64,000 nt of DNA from Eledone cirrhosa (GCA_964016885.1 OZ024743.1:347510001-347574000), one strand, 5' to 3'. Numbered from the stretch's first letter, positions 26,301 to 40,778 are shown. The notes: generated from the letters alone by a model not told the origin. Translations and numbers: made by a program.

Positions 26301-26617
26301 TGTGAATTCTAATTGGAATTTAGTGACACAGTCTGTGACAAACCATCCCTATTAGATTACAGGTACAACCATGTGGATTCTAATTGGAATTTAGTGACAC
26401 AGTCTGTGACAAACCTTCCCTATTAGATTACAGGTACAACCATGTGTATTCTAAAAGTAATTTAGTTGCACAGTCTGTGACAATGCTTCCCTATTAGATT
26501 ACAGGTACAACCATGTGTATTCTAAAAGTAATTTAGTGGCACAGTCTGTGACAAAGCTTCCCTATTAGATTACAGGTACAATATGTGATAAAGCTTCCCT
26601 AGTAAATTACAGGTACA
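26301..26617. repeat. Minisatellite, 71-bp unit, ~4.4 copies
   Basis: Units start at 26301, 26372, 26443 and 26514 (tgtg.attctaa..aatttagt..cacagtctgtgacaa..ccctattagattacaggtacaacca). Confidence 0.95.
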
Positions 26618-27079
26618 GACAATTCAACTAATTACGCATACAAGGCTTGGTTTGAGAGGAATTTATAATATTATATAATTAAAAAAACTTGTTCATGAGA
26701 CTACGCTAAGGCAACCAACTCAGAGTTTCTTCTTAGTAAATAGATGCTCTTAACCAAACGATCGTGCTACATTCGAAAATAATGCTCTTGGTCGATATAT
26801 ATATCGTATTGGAAATAACATTTGATAAATTAGAGAGGTGAATACCTTTGTATGGTATGAAGAATGCAGCGTTGTGGGTAATTGAAAATATAAATTTAAA
26901 TTAGTACGGTCAATTCCCATATTGAATCGATAACAAGTCCTAGAATATGAAGAACAACATTTATCTGATTACTGTAAATAACAAAATGTAAATCTATATA
27001 CGTTGTGTATATTGTTGGTTGACAATTCCCTCAGTGTATGTTTTTACATCCCCCCCCATTCCCCCTCTTCTCTCTCTCT

Positions 27080-27190
<111 letters not shown>

Positions 27191-27301
27191 ACAAACCCTC
27201 CATCTCAATTCTACTTTTGAAAAGCATAAGAACTGTGAAACCGGTAAAGGAAACAAATAAATATTCTTAAAAAGACTCCAGTTGCATTTTTGATTTCTTT
27301 T

Positions 27302-27360
<59 letters not shown>

Positions 27361-27365
<5 letters not shown>

Positions 27366-27690
27366 AGATCAAAAGATGGTTAAAAGAGTTCCATGTATTT
27401 TATTATGCGCATTTCAAAAACAAATATCATCATGCAATAACATTTGCGTTTTCGTGAGATAAAATAGAGAGACATGATATGAAGGTTAAAACACACTTGT
27501 GAATAGCGCAGTTTTAAATTAACATATGTTGATTTAAAACTGCACTATTCACAAGTGTGTTTTAACCTTCATATCATGTCTCCCTATTTTATCTGACGAA
27601 CACGCAAATGTTATTGCATGATGATATTTGTTTTTGAAATGCGCATAATAAAATACATGGAACTCTTTTAACTATCTTTTGATCTTATAT
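27361..27690. mobile_element. Spacer-less 330-bp palindrome carrying a hammerhead in each arm (family I)
   Basis: Centre between 27525 and 27526 (aacat|atgtt); 6 mismatches counted between the 165-bp arms. Confidence 0.9.
27585..27655 (+). ncRNA. Type I hammerhead ribozyme (family I); mirror copy at 27396-27466 (-) has the core mutated to CTCACGA
   Basis: Perfect 8-bp helix I TATTTTAT/ATAAAATA; CTGACGA at 27593-27599; helix II GCAAATGTTAT/ATGATATTTGT; GAA-ATGCGCAT-A, AUA site at 27647. Confidence 0.85.
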
Positions 27691-27791
27691 ATTATTTATA
27701 CTCCAGTCCTACAAACTGTAGAGTGCTACTTATCCGATATCTGCATTGCTTTATTGTACTACAATAAAACTCACCTCCTACATATATATAT

Positions 27792-27883
<92 letters not shown>

Positions 27884-27894
27884 TATATATATAG

Positions 27895-30220
27895 TGGTAG
27901 GTTGTAGTAAGAAAATCTCGGGAGAGCTGGACAACTGCGCATGTTTCGGCTCATAACTTCTTACACTCCATGGGGTCATGACTTCTGTGTGCCTTTCTAC
28001 TGACATTAAGCCATTCGGAAATTGGAGACTTGCTGCGTATTTAAACAGTTTAAAGATTCTGTTGACAGGATATAGCTTAAATTCCTCTCCTTTGCCTGTT
28101 TTCAAACTTATATTTAAACGCTTTCTTGGGTTGGAAAAATAACGCTGCTAATCATGGTATCGGTGAAACGTCAAGACTATCGTCGGCGCTGCCGCCAATA
28201 CTACATACAACGTGTGGCTCAGAATTACTTCTCTCACCGTGCTTTAAAATACAAACGCGCATAGAGGTCATGTTTGTTCCTCCTCGCCCAGATCCGGCTG
28301 GAATTCCTTTCTGCTACTTCTAATATTGTCTTTAGCGCTTTGGTCCTTGACTCCCAGATGGACATTTTTTCATGAGATTGTGGTCAGATTGTGGTCAGAT
28401 TTGTACCAAAAGCCTATGGCTTCAACCTCATTGACGATAACTTTGATGCAGTTTGACCCGGAATTCGGCGTCCCTCAGACTGTTGGCTAACCCTGCGTAT
28501 TTTCGGTTCTCAATATGTGTGCTTTTTCTAATCTACTTTCAAATGGCACTGTATGTTCATTAAATACCAGTTGCTTTGATGAACTGGAATGTATTACAAT
28601 ATCCGACATCAAACCACACTTACTGATGATTTCTGGTAGTTTTGCTGATTCTGAAACGTTTGCTGCCCACTCCAAGTCATTTGTACCCTCCCCCCCACTC
28701 CAGAAGACTCGATCCCCGGGCACTGTATCGCATAATTCATTCTAGCTGTGATTTGCTGCCTCCTGCCGTATTTGTTATTGGATATTCTCGCAGTTTGCCA
28801 TACATATCATGTGTTTGATATCCCTCAACAGTTGATTGAGTCTCCCCGTGTATCTACCCTGGTCTAGTACTACTCTGCATGAGTTCAGAACGTGTTCCAC
28901 CGTCTGTCTACCTTGGAAATGTGGACACTCTAGGTTATCTGCTTAGCCCCACTTCAGTAAATTCGCTTTCGAGAGCAGGAGTTCATAGACAGATCTGAGG
29001 AGAAATCTGATTCTGAGAGGTGCCATATTCCACAAGCTGAGAAACTTTTGGAGTGAACCTTCCCACGTTGTCCACTATCCCTGTTGGTTGTGCTGAATTG
29101 CCTTCCGGAGCCTTCTGGAATCCTCTTGTTCCTTCACCTTCTGTAAAATCAGATCTCTTCTCATCTTTCCCCTGGCCTCTGAACACATTTACATTTTTGT
29201 TACGCCCAGTTCTAGCATATTTGCCTGAGTGTGTCCCATTATATCTAAAGCCTCTCTTTTGCAGCATCTACCGCATGCTGGACTTTCCATATTCTGCATG
29301 TCTTCAGCTTGAGCCGGATTAACCTCATGACTCTGTTTCCGAGTTCACAAGCATGGTCAACAGCCTTGATTTTCCGACGTTGTACTCCTCAACAATGGAT
29401 TTGATAGGTAGCATCAGATTGACCTGCTGGCTGTAGAATGCAACATCAATCAAATTTGGTTGTACAAGAAGTCACTTCGTTGTGTATTTGTTGATTTTAG
29501 CACGCATGGCGTCCACAGTACTAGCGATGATATCGCATATCAGTAGAGGTCACATATGCTTTGGATTTAACATGAATTGCCAGCAACACCATATATTTGC
29601 CAGATCTATAAGCGGCAGAACTTTTACCCCACTTGCTTGGATACTGTTCCCCTTGTCGTATATTTCAGACTCTCGTCATAACATCTTCGTAGGCCTTTGA
29701 CTATTGGGGTCTTTTGGTTGGCTACTGTGAATACCAATGATCCCTTTACTTTCCCCATCCTCAGAGAAAGGTTCCTGGAATTATTTGGTGTGAAGCACAT
29801 TCTGGAAGATGCAAGTAACTTATCCAGCTGTCCCTGTAGCCTACGTGTTTCATCTTCCTTTGTGGCACGGGCTGTAATGTGCTCCATGGATGGTTTTAGA
29901 AGAGGCATTCAGAAATCTACATGCACAGCTGGATCACACCAGGCCATTGCCACCTTCAGGATTACATCATTGCCAACACTTACCGTCACATTGCATCTTT
30001 ATATTTCTACTTGTACATGTTACTATCATTGACGGCAGAGATTGTCCTGTTCTTGAGGGTGTCACACGAATATCTAAATAGGGTATCACGCAGTCGAGAC
30101 GTGGTGTAGACGACGGTATTCCTCTCCATCTAAAACGCTGTAATTTTATTCAGTTTAAATTTGATTCAAACCAATGTCTTTCAATTATATACTTTCTCAC
30201 TCTGATCACTCTAACCCAAA
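27895..30220 (-). mobile_element. Decayed, 5'-truncated RLE-type non-LTR retrotransposon (HERO-like): RT, CCHC knuckle, restriction-like endonuclease
   Basis: Broken frames give PLLKPSMEHIT (like AFMDDLT), FTPNNSRNLSLRMGKV, CPHFQGRQTVEHVLNSC..GRYTGRLN, SDIVIHSS..NEHTVPFE (like PDIV..ELTVPWE) and EVEAIGF. Confidence 0.8.
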
Positions 30221-30229
30221 CACAAAGCC

Positions 30230-30335
<106 letters not shown>

Positions 30336-30421
30336 GAAAGACGTAAAATAAGAAAATTATAAAAATTAACTTACTTACTAATAGATATACTAATTAACTT
30401 ACTTACTAGTAGATATACTAA

Positions 30422-30538
<117 letters not shown>

Positions 30539-30661
30539 GCTCTGATACTGGTTCAGATACTTAGCTCTGTTTCTCGACCGTTATATCACGTGACTATCTC
30601 CCCCTCCGCCTTTTGGGATTCTTTCTCACCTCATGTAGACGCGTTCTTGAAGCTAGTAAAA

Positions 30662-30762
30662 CTAGGTATCCTCTTGATAAGTCGGCAGACCTCGCAAAGA
30701 CTCTATCTTTATGATGTATTGTTTTTGTTTATGCCACGAAACTACGTAGTCGAGGAATCTAG
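30662..30762 (+). ncRNA. Type I hammerhead ribozyme with U3-A8 core (family J, copy 1)
   Basis: Helix I CTAGGT-a-TCCTC/GAGGA-ATCTAG; core TTGATAA at 30674-30680; helix II GT-c-GGCA..TGCCAC; GAA-ACTACGTAGT-C, GUC site at 30751. Confidence 0.8.
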
Positions 30763-31259
30763 GAGCAGTTTAGGTATGATACATTTTATTACTAATTATA
30801 TCTAAATGATTCTTCTCTCTTCATAATGTATTTTTAGCTCTGATACTGGTTCAGTCTAATTCAACCGGATTGGTCTGTTCCAGTCATACATAGAGCAACA
30901 TCGGTAAGGTTGGCACCATTAACTTACGGTTGGATGTGGATGCATTCATGTATATGCGTGTGTCCGCATGTATCTGTGTGTTTCTAAATATATTGTTCAT
31001 AACTCTCCCTAGTCGAGTAATCTTTGAAGTGTGGTGACTGCTGGAAAGCTGTCATTACTCATACTTCTCGACCCCTTCACCACCTCTTCTACGGCTTCTA
31101 TATAAATACCCCCTCCGCCTCCGTGGTATTATCTTCGGGGTTATAAGAGGCTTAGCTCTGTTTCTCGACCGTTGTGTCGCGTGAGTATCTCCCCCTCCGC
31201 CTTTTGGGATTCTTTCTCACGTCATGTAGACGCGTTCTTGAAGCTAGTAAAACGAGGTA

Positions 31260-31343
31260 TCCACTTGATAAGTCGGCAGACCACGCAAAGACTCTATCTT
31301 TATGATGTATTGTTATTATGCCACGAAACTACGTAGTCGAGGA
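31260..31343 (+). ncRNA. Type I hammerhead ribozyme with U3-A8 core (family J, copy 2)
   Basis: TTGATAA at 31265-31271, same helix III palindrome, GUC site at 31338; one helix I mismatch. Confidence 0.7.
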
Positions 31344-31409
31344 ATCTAGAAGCAGTTTAGGTATGATACATTTTATTACTAATTATATCTAAATGCTTCT
31401 TCTCTCTTC

Positions 31410-31476
<67 letters not shown>

Positions 31477-31479
31477 GCA

Positions 31480-32006
<527 letters not shown>

Positions 32007-32030
32007 CTGTATAAATATGTATATATATAT

Positions 32031-33768
32031 AGCTTGTGTCGACTTGGAGAAAGCCTTCGACAGAGTCCCCCGTTCCATTATCTGGTGGGCTCTTAGAAAA
32101 TTAGGTGTTGACGAATGGCTTGTGAGAGCTATACAAGCCATGTATAAAGAAACAGTCAGCAAGTTTAGAATTAACAATGAATATAGTGAAGAGTTTAGCG
32201 TAAAAGTTGGTGTCCATCAGGGCTCTGTTTTTAGCCCCCTACTATTTTTTATTGCCCTTCAGGCTATAACAGAGGAGTTCAAGACCGGCTGCCCATGGGA
32301 ACTCCTATACGCAGATGATCTAACGCTCATAGCTGAATCAATGGCCGAGCTAGAGAAAAAATTCCAAACATGGAAGCACGGCCTAGAATCAAAAGGCCTT
32401 AAAATTAACCTGGCTACAACTAAAGTTCTAGTTAGTGGGAAAGAAAATAAGGCGCCGGTCCCTTCCGGGAAATGGCCATGCTCAGTGTGTAGGAAAGGCG
32501 TAAGTAGAAACTCCATTTTATGTCCCAAATGCAAAGTATGGGTGCATAAAAGATGTAGTGGGATCACAGGTAAGCTAACTAAGAACACAGATTTTACATG
32601 TGGCCGGTGCTCTGGTGCAATAAGTAGCAGCAAGTGCCCATAAAATACTAGCTCTTTCAATTGCGCATAGGGTTCTATAGAAATAGTGGACAGCTTCCGT
32701 TACCTGGGTGACAAAATCAGCAGTGGGAGAGGTTGCTCTGAAAGTACACTAGCTAGAGTCAGAACTGGATGGAAAAAGTTCAGAGAGCTTATACCACTAT
32801 TAGCCGCTAAAGGGTTCTCCCTAAAAATGAAAGGCAGGTTGTATGATGCCTGCATACGAACAGCAATGTTGCATGGCAGTGAGACCTGGGCATTGTGTGC
32901 AGAGGATATACACAGACTAGAGAGGAACGAAGCGTGCATGCTCTGCTGGATGTGTAATAGTAATATACGCGAACGGCAAAGCATAAACGAACTAAGGGAA
33001 AATTAGAAATAAGAGGGATCAGATGTTGTTTACTCGAGAGAAGGCTTCGTTGGTATGGTCACGTGATGCGCATGAAAGACGACAGCTGTATAACAAAGTG
33101 CAGGGTAATACAGATAGATGGTAGCTACGGAGTAGGCAGACCCAGAAAAACCTGGGACGAGCTGATAAATTACGACCTCACACACTTACACCTCTCCAAG
33201 ACAATGTCACTAGACCGAGACCTTTGGCGGTACTCAGTAATAGAGAAGACCCGCCTTACCTAAATACAAAGTAAAACCTACTACAGTCAGTAGACATCTC
33301 TAACAAAATACACCCCCGTCCCACCATCCCCACCCCATCCACACTGCCCCTTTCAATGTAAAGTTATGTTGGTGCCACAAAATCCAGGCCGAAACAAATG
33401 AGATCGTGTAGGTGTCACGACAAAAAACACACAGTCCACGCTGTAATGTGGCCGTGTAGGCAACACGGTAAAAACCTCCCAGTCCCACACTGTAAATCTG
33501 GTTGGTGTTAGGAAGGGCATCCAGCTGTAGAAAACACGCCAGACAGTCCACGCTGTCATGTGGCCGTGTAGGCAACACGGTAAAAACCTCCCAGCCCCAC
33601 ACTGTAAATGTGGTTGGTGTTAGGAAGGGCATCCAGCTGTAGAAAACCCGCCAGACAGTCCTATGCGAGCAAGACAACCACTCTTGCCTCAAGTGGGAAA
33701 ACTCCCGTCCAAACCTATGCAAGCGTGGAACATGGACGTTAAACGATGATGATGATGATGATGATGAT
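32031..33768 (+). mobile_element. 5'-truncated RTE-clade LINE with a Cys-rich PHD-like insert in the RT region, 3' UTR and (GAT)n tail
   Basis: VDLEKAFDRVPR, GVHQGSVFSPLLF, LLYADDL, CSVC..C..C..WVHKRC..CGRC, FRYLGD, LHGSETW, RLRWYGHV, GRPRKTW. Two in-frame stops at ~32641 and ~32668 and a frameshift near 33000. Confidence 0.92.
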
Positions 33769-33875
33769 ATATTTATATATATATACGTATATATATATAT
33801 GTATGTATGTATGTATGTATATATGTGTGTATGTATGTATGTATGTATGTATGTATGTATGTATGTATGTATGTA

Positions 33876-33913
<38 letters not shown>

Positions 33914-33924
33914 AATATGTATAA

Positions 33925-33955
<31 letters not shown>

Positions 33956-33957
33956 CG

Positions 33958-33993
<36 letters not shown>

Positions 33994-34015
33994 TGTGTGT
34001 TTGTATGTGTCTTCA

Positions 34016-34049
<34 letters not shown>

Positions 34050-34655
34050 CATATTTTATGCGTGTATTAATTATCATTGTCGGTACATGTGGGTGCTTGC
34101 GTGTTTATATGTATGTGTTTCCATTAAGCTTTTTGGATGAGGTCTTTTTGAATGGCTGCTTGTCACTGGAAGTGTGTGTATGTGTATGTGTATTTGTGTA
34201 TCCATGTGTGTATGTGTGTGTGTACGTGTGCGTGTTTGTGTGTGCGTGTGTGTTTGTGTAGGGTTTTCATACTACATCACATAGTTAATGACCCTGTCTA
34301 TTTAGACAAGAAACAGTGCTGCCCCCACAAGGCCCTATCTTCCATCACTTGCCGTCACATTACATCCATGTACTTCTACATGTACATGTTATTGTTGTTG
34401 ACGGTGGCGTTGGTCGTTTTGTTGATGGTGTCGCTATTGGTGTTGCTTTTATTGTTGTTAACGTGTCACATTTTGAATGATTTATCTTCCATTTTATTTG
34501 ACTTCTTATATTTACCAAAATAATTCTTATGTTAAGCTGTACACCTCCACACTTACTTTCATTCAGCCACACGTGCACACGCAAAACTATCTCATGCGCG
34601 CATCTCTCTCTCTTTCTCCATCTCTCTCACTCACTCTCTCTCTCTCTGCCTCCCT

Positions 34656-34698
<43 letters not shown>

Positions 34699-34918
34699 GT
34701 AATAATAATAGATTTGAAGACTAAAATCCAAAGAGGGCTTGATAAGGATAAATATATATCAAATATAAGGGTGAAAGCAGCGATTCTTTGCTTAAACTTT
34801 AATCTGTTATTATAATATATATATATGAATGTATGTAGCTATGTATCTCGCTCACTCACTCTCTATGTATTTATGAATATACACACACACACAAACACAC
34901 ACATGTATACCCCCCCCC

Positions 34919-34971
<53 letters not shown>

Positions 34972-35392
34972 TAAGTGTGTTTGAAAAAGAGACAAGGAGA
35001 GACAGTGAACTCCCTCAAAATCAAACTTTCTCATGTTTTCATTTATATTTTCTCTTTACTTATTTAATTCTGAGTGTCATCAGTACGATCAATATCGATT
35101 ACAGCCGGATAGCAAAACGTTGTACTCATATTTATATTTATGTTCGATTGGTAGTATGGTTAAGACATCGGTTTAAATGAATATATATAATTATTCAAGT
35201 TGTAAGTTCAAACCCCTATCATGATCAAGATTGCATTTCATCCATCCGAGGTCGAGAAAATAAGTATAATCAAGTACTGGAGTTGTTATAATCAGCATTT
35301 TATTTCCTTCCAAACTGTCTAAATTACAGTTATGATAAATTACAGTTATGATAAATTACAGTTATGACCTTTAGTTAATGAAGTAGTAATAT

Positions 35393-35548
35393 TCGTTTCT
35401 TATATAGGCACAAGGCCAGCAATTTTGGTGAGGGGAAAGTCGATTAAATCAACCCCTGTGCGTGACTGGTACTTTATTTTATCGATTCCGTAAGGAGGAA
35501 AGGCAAAGTTAACCTCGGCAGGATTTGAACTCAGATCATAAAGGACCA
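35393..35548 (-). mobile_element. tRNA-derived SINE (3' part); a diverged + strand copy lies at ~35145-35285
   Basis: ggcacaaggccagcaatt..ctggtactttattttatcga..ggcaaagttaacctcggc..atttgaactcag. Confidence 0.75.
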
Positions 35549-36843
35549 ATGAAGTAGTAATATTGATTGAGAAAATAGCATGCTGGATTCAGTTTGTCTC
35601 TTTGTTTTGTAAGCTCATTTTCCGCTGTTATTAGTGTCTACACTTATCCTGCAGCCAATGAATGAAATTAACACATAGAATTTGTCCATTAAATGGACAA
35701 AAATACACGAAAGAAAATCTAGAATCAAAAGCATTCAAAACTTAACCATCTCGTTAGTTCAGATTTATCAATGATGACATTACTTAATATGTCTTTCACT
35801 TATTTGAAGCGTTTTGAGGGCGATTTTGCTGAAAGATTTTGCAGATCAAATGCTCAAATAGCAGTCCCTTCATTGATTCATTGTTATAGTTGTAATTGAA
35901 TGCGCAAGCTAACTAGTAGTGTCATTAGTGTATTCGGCAAAATAATTTACGAAATCTGTCCCTGTGGTCTGCGCTTTGAGTTCAAATTTTGCTGAGAACA
36001 ACTTTGTCGTTCTCTTTTTTGGATTTGTTAATATGGTATCCAGGTTCGTGGAAACGGACTCGAGAAATTATCAAAGCGTGGGACGAGTTACCTTGTGTTA
36101 TTTGTTCAAATACCACTGTAGTCTTCTTGCGTTGTAGTCTACTTTGACGCCTGGTTTAATACCAACACATGGCAATTGACTTCTTCTAGCGGAGCCCAAT
36201 CTGCTACAAATATATGGACCATATCACCTGTTTAAGAATGCAGTCTTCCCCGCTGCTGGCAAATATATAAGCCCGGGAAAATGTATGGGAACCGCTCATC
36301 CCTCCGTACTATCAACGAGAAGAAAAAAAAAACGAGTTTGAGCAGACCTATGAGTAAACGCATTCCAATTGTGACCACACCATTTTATTCCTGTATGCAG
36401 GAAAAATTGGACCGTCTTAAAATATTTTTTTAAGACGGTAGAATATGATGTGAGAGTGATTTGGTTGTTGTTTCCAGCAGGTGAAGCGACAATGTACAGG
36501 CCTCATGGAGGAACTAACTTTTAATGGAGATGGATATAATCGAGGGAGTAAGAGCAATATTCTTAGAAACTGATGAATTGAAACAGCATATTCTTAAGCA
36601 AGCCCATATTATTACAGTCGCAAACTGATATCGATGTTTTTGTTGTTGTTGCTGCTGTTGTTGTAAAACCAATCACTTGATTTTCCCCCGATGCTTTTTG
36701 AAAATGTTTATATGCAAACGTCTACAAGAAAAAGTCAGCAGAATTCCAACAACTTTTCTTTTCTTTTTTTTCTAAAAAACATTCCATAGGCCGTTGAAAC
36801 ATTCTCCTTTTATTACACGCTGTCATCTTTGCAGTATCATTGC

Positions 36844-36845
<2 letters not shown>

Positions 36846-36874
<29 letters not shown>

Positions 36875-36947
36875 CTTCTTCTTCTTCTTCTTCTTCTTCT
36901 TCTTCTTCTTCTTCTTCTTCTTCTCCTCCACCTCCCGTCTCTATTTA

Positions 36948-36999
<52 letters not shown>

Positions 37000-37022
37000 T
37001 GTGTGTGTGTGTGTGTGTGTGT

Positions 37023-37056
<34 letters not shown>

Positions 37057-37549
37057 CTATATATATATATATGTATCTCTCTCTCTCTCTCTTTCTATAT
37101 ATATATATATATATATATAGAAAGAGAGAGAGAGAGAGATAGATAGATGGATACATCTATGTATATACATATATATGCCCACGCAACTGCACCGACTGCA
37201 CCATACTGCAGCACATCAAGTCGTATTGGTTTCCCCGCTCTAAATATGCCCCCCCCCCAGCCACTTACCATATTATTAATACAGACTTCCATATCACAAG
37301 CAGCACAATCGTCAACACTCTTTACACTACCGTCTCCATCAACACTACTACCACCAGCACCACCACCACCACAGCAGTAGTCACCACCAAACTTATTAGT
37401 ACAACTACGTAATCCATAACAAATAATTACTCCTACTACTACTACTACAACTACTACTACTACTACTATTATTCTTGCTGCTGCTGCTGCTACTACTACT
37501 ACTACTACTACTATTACTATTGCTTCTGCTGCTGCTGCTACTACTGCTG

Positions 37550-37599
<50 letters not shown>

Positions 37600-37609
37600 G
37601 CTGCTGTTG

Positions 37610-37681
<72 letters not shown>

Positions 37682-37682
37682 A
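36846..37682. repeat. Cluster of (CTT)n, (TA)n, (TG)n and (CTA/CTG)n microsatellites
   Basis: Directly visible. Confidence 0.9.
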
Positions 37683-38461
37683 CCACCACATCTCCCACTA
37701 CTTCTATTACTAGTAGTTATACCATTCTGCTTCCTCCTCCTAGTTACTACAATCTCTGCTACTGCTGTTACATTTACCATCACCGTACAGCATTACCGGA
37801 TTACACACTAATACCAGCACTACTGCTTCCTAAACCACCAGTCCCACCCATCAACACTAATAACAAAAGCAACAATAACGTCAGCGATAACAATATAACC
37901 AAAAGCCCTACCCCTTCCATTTTCGACTTAACCTTTATATATTCAATGATTCTTTCAGTGGGTTTTTTTTTGTATATTTTTTTTTGTCATTTCCTTCACC
38001 TCCCCACTCATGACATCACCCTTTTCTTTCAACCATTGTCAATGCATTTGGTTTTAAATTTGAAAACGAAATAATTAAAAAAATATTAATAAAACAAATA
38101 CCCCCGCCCCCCACCCACCCACAAAAAAATGATGATGAAGATGATGATGATGATGATGAATATTATGATGACGATGATGAGAAGAACGCGGAGGGGGATT
38201 TTGATGATGGTTTCTCTATTTTAATAAATAATTAAATAAATAGTATAATAATAACAACAAACAATAATAATAATGGTGGTGGTTTTTAGTGGTGGGTCTA
38301 ATAAAAATAATAGGAATATCAACAATAATCGAACAATGCGATAACAGTAAATATTAAAAAAACACATACACACGTGCGCGCGCATGTACACATGCATACA
38401 CCCAGAGAAACTCTGGAAGAAAAAAAAATGAACTTGACATAAAGATTCAATATATATATAC

Positions 38462-38542
<81 letters not shown>

Positions 38543-38730
38543 TGTATCTATGTATACAGATTCATATAAAAAGATGTACAATTTGAAACTAATAAATAAA
38601 TAAGATTAATGAATATCAAAGAAAAACTATTAAAAATAAAAGAAAATAATAAGAAAAACAACGGATAGGAGACAAAGAATTTTGATTTGAAACAAAACAT
38701 TGTGAAAAATACAAGAATTACGAAGTCTAG

Positions 38731-38805
<75 letters not shown>

Positions 38806-39973
38806 TGGTGGAGGACGAGATAGAGAAGTGAGGGTTGGTAATGTATAGAAAAATAGGTGGAAATAAAAGTAATAAAAATAATAGTAATAATAATAATGAA
38901 ATAATAATAAATAAATAAACAAGTAAACACAACATATGGTACAAAAATTTAAAAGAGAAGAGATTTTTTAAAAAATAGAAGGAATAATTGAAAAATAGAG
39001 TCTGTAGGAAAGTCAAACTGAAGACTTCTGTTTCATTTCCTAATTGAAAATCTTAAAATATCAGTTGAGAGAAAATTAGAGTTTTAGCATAAATAAATAA
39101 ATCAATCAATAAGTAGATATTGAAAATTTTTCGGGAAAATAATTAATTAAATAAATTTAAATAAACACAAAATAAAAATAAATAAATTATATAGGGTTTT
39201 CAACTGAAATTTGCGGGAAATAAAAAATTAAAGGAAAGCGTATAAAAAATGATGGCAAAGTAATATTTGAAAAAAAAAAAAAAATTACCCTGTAGATTGC
39301 TCTAATGGAATTTTTGTTGTATTTTTGTTATTGTTAATATAGGCAGGTTTATTTTGTACTCTGGCAGTTGAGTTCGCCGTGAAAAATAACGTTTTACTAC
39401 TGGGCTAACGTGGGAATGGCGTTTAGCAGTTAGCAATTGGTTGAATCATTACAATCTTCACAGGCAATCGAATTTAGAACGGTTGATCACTCGAGCCAAC
39501 GAGGGATCATTTATATCGTTGCTTGACCTGCTTGATATAACAGGCAAATCTCCCTATTATATTTTCATAAGGAAAACGATATTGTATAGTGTAACACAAG
39601 ATACAATATATCAAAAGAAAAAATTCCAATCTCGGCTGTCTATGATAATATGTCTGCTTGCTCAGCTTTGAGCTGAGGTTAAGCAGCCAAAACGATAAAT
39701 TACTTCAAAGACAACAACTACAGCAATTCCGTCTATACATTACACAATCGGATGGTCAACTCTAATCCAGTCGATATCACAATGTATCTTATCAGTTTGC
39801 TGACTTTTATTTTATTTTAGCCTTGCTCAGTGGCCCATCGGATATTACTGAAATGTTTATATGGCTAGGTTGAGTCTATACTACAGGCTTTACTTTCACC
39901 ATCATCGCTCTTAGAATCGATAGAGACGACATATTATTCTTCATGTATCAATTTTATGCATCATTAATTTTCA

Positions 39974-40465
39974 CTAGCCGAAAAATCACCATTCGGGTGG
40001 TTTTCTGCTAGCGTGTGTAATGTGAATATTGATATTATACACAAATATATATACATATAGATATGATAAATCAAATGAAATCGTAATTGACAATATCCAC
40101 AGAAATTGAACGAAGTTAGCGTTACACTCTCTTCTGTAATCTGTAAAGTAATCCATGGTACATTAAAAAAAGACGATATTATATATAAAATGCATTAGGA
40201 AAATAATTAGTGATGGAAATATATGTATGTTTATATAAGCGATCGCTAACCGGAAGTATTGACGTTTGAAAATGTTAAAGAAGTGAAACTTAAAATAAGC
40301 AACGAAATTATTTATATTTAATCAAGAATTACGAAATTTAGTAGATGAATTATGTAATATTCATTCATTATTTATTCAAAGTAATCCAACTGATTGTACA
40401 AACGAGATAAAAAATATATTTATTCTGGACGCAGTCCCGCATTCCTTTCTTTATTATAGTTAAGA
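39974..40465 (-). mobile_element. Non-autonomous Helitron (copy 2)
   Basis: Minus strand reads A|TCTTAACTATAATAAAG ... CTAGCAGAAAACCACC-cgaat-GGTGATTTTTCGGCTAG|T. Confidence 0.8.
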
Positions 40466-40778
40466 TGCATGCATTGTCCCGTTGCTACTGCGGGAATCGT
40501 AGGGGTATCGTATTAACATACGGTATAGAGGAAGAATCGACCCTGTACTAAACTGATACTTTTTTACCGACCTTGAAGTGATGTAATATACCAGTTATTA
40601 ATCAAACGTCCGTTTGCTCATCCTGACACCCACAATTGGCCACACCTTATAAACTGATAAAGATAAACAAAATACCAAAAAGAGAAACACAAAGGAAATA
40701 TATTATTTTTCTAAAATGCTTGTGTATAATATGAATTAGTTAGAAGGCATGTATAAAGGAATACGTAACTATATGGCG

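Noticed and set aside
26301-26617. Possible CRISPR-like array
   Set aside because: Whole units repeat with no unique spacers, there are no cas genes, and the context is eukaryotic.
33446-33530. Possible HDV-like ribozyme in the RTE 3' UTR
   Set aside because: The nested double pseudoknot could not be built by eye, and known RTE HDV-like ribozymes are at the 5' end.
36568-36595. CTGATGA-att-GAAA ultra-minimal hammerhead
   Set aside because: Helix III cannot pair beyond 1 bp and helix I is only about 2 bp.
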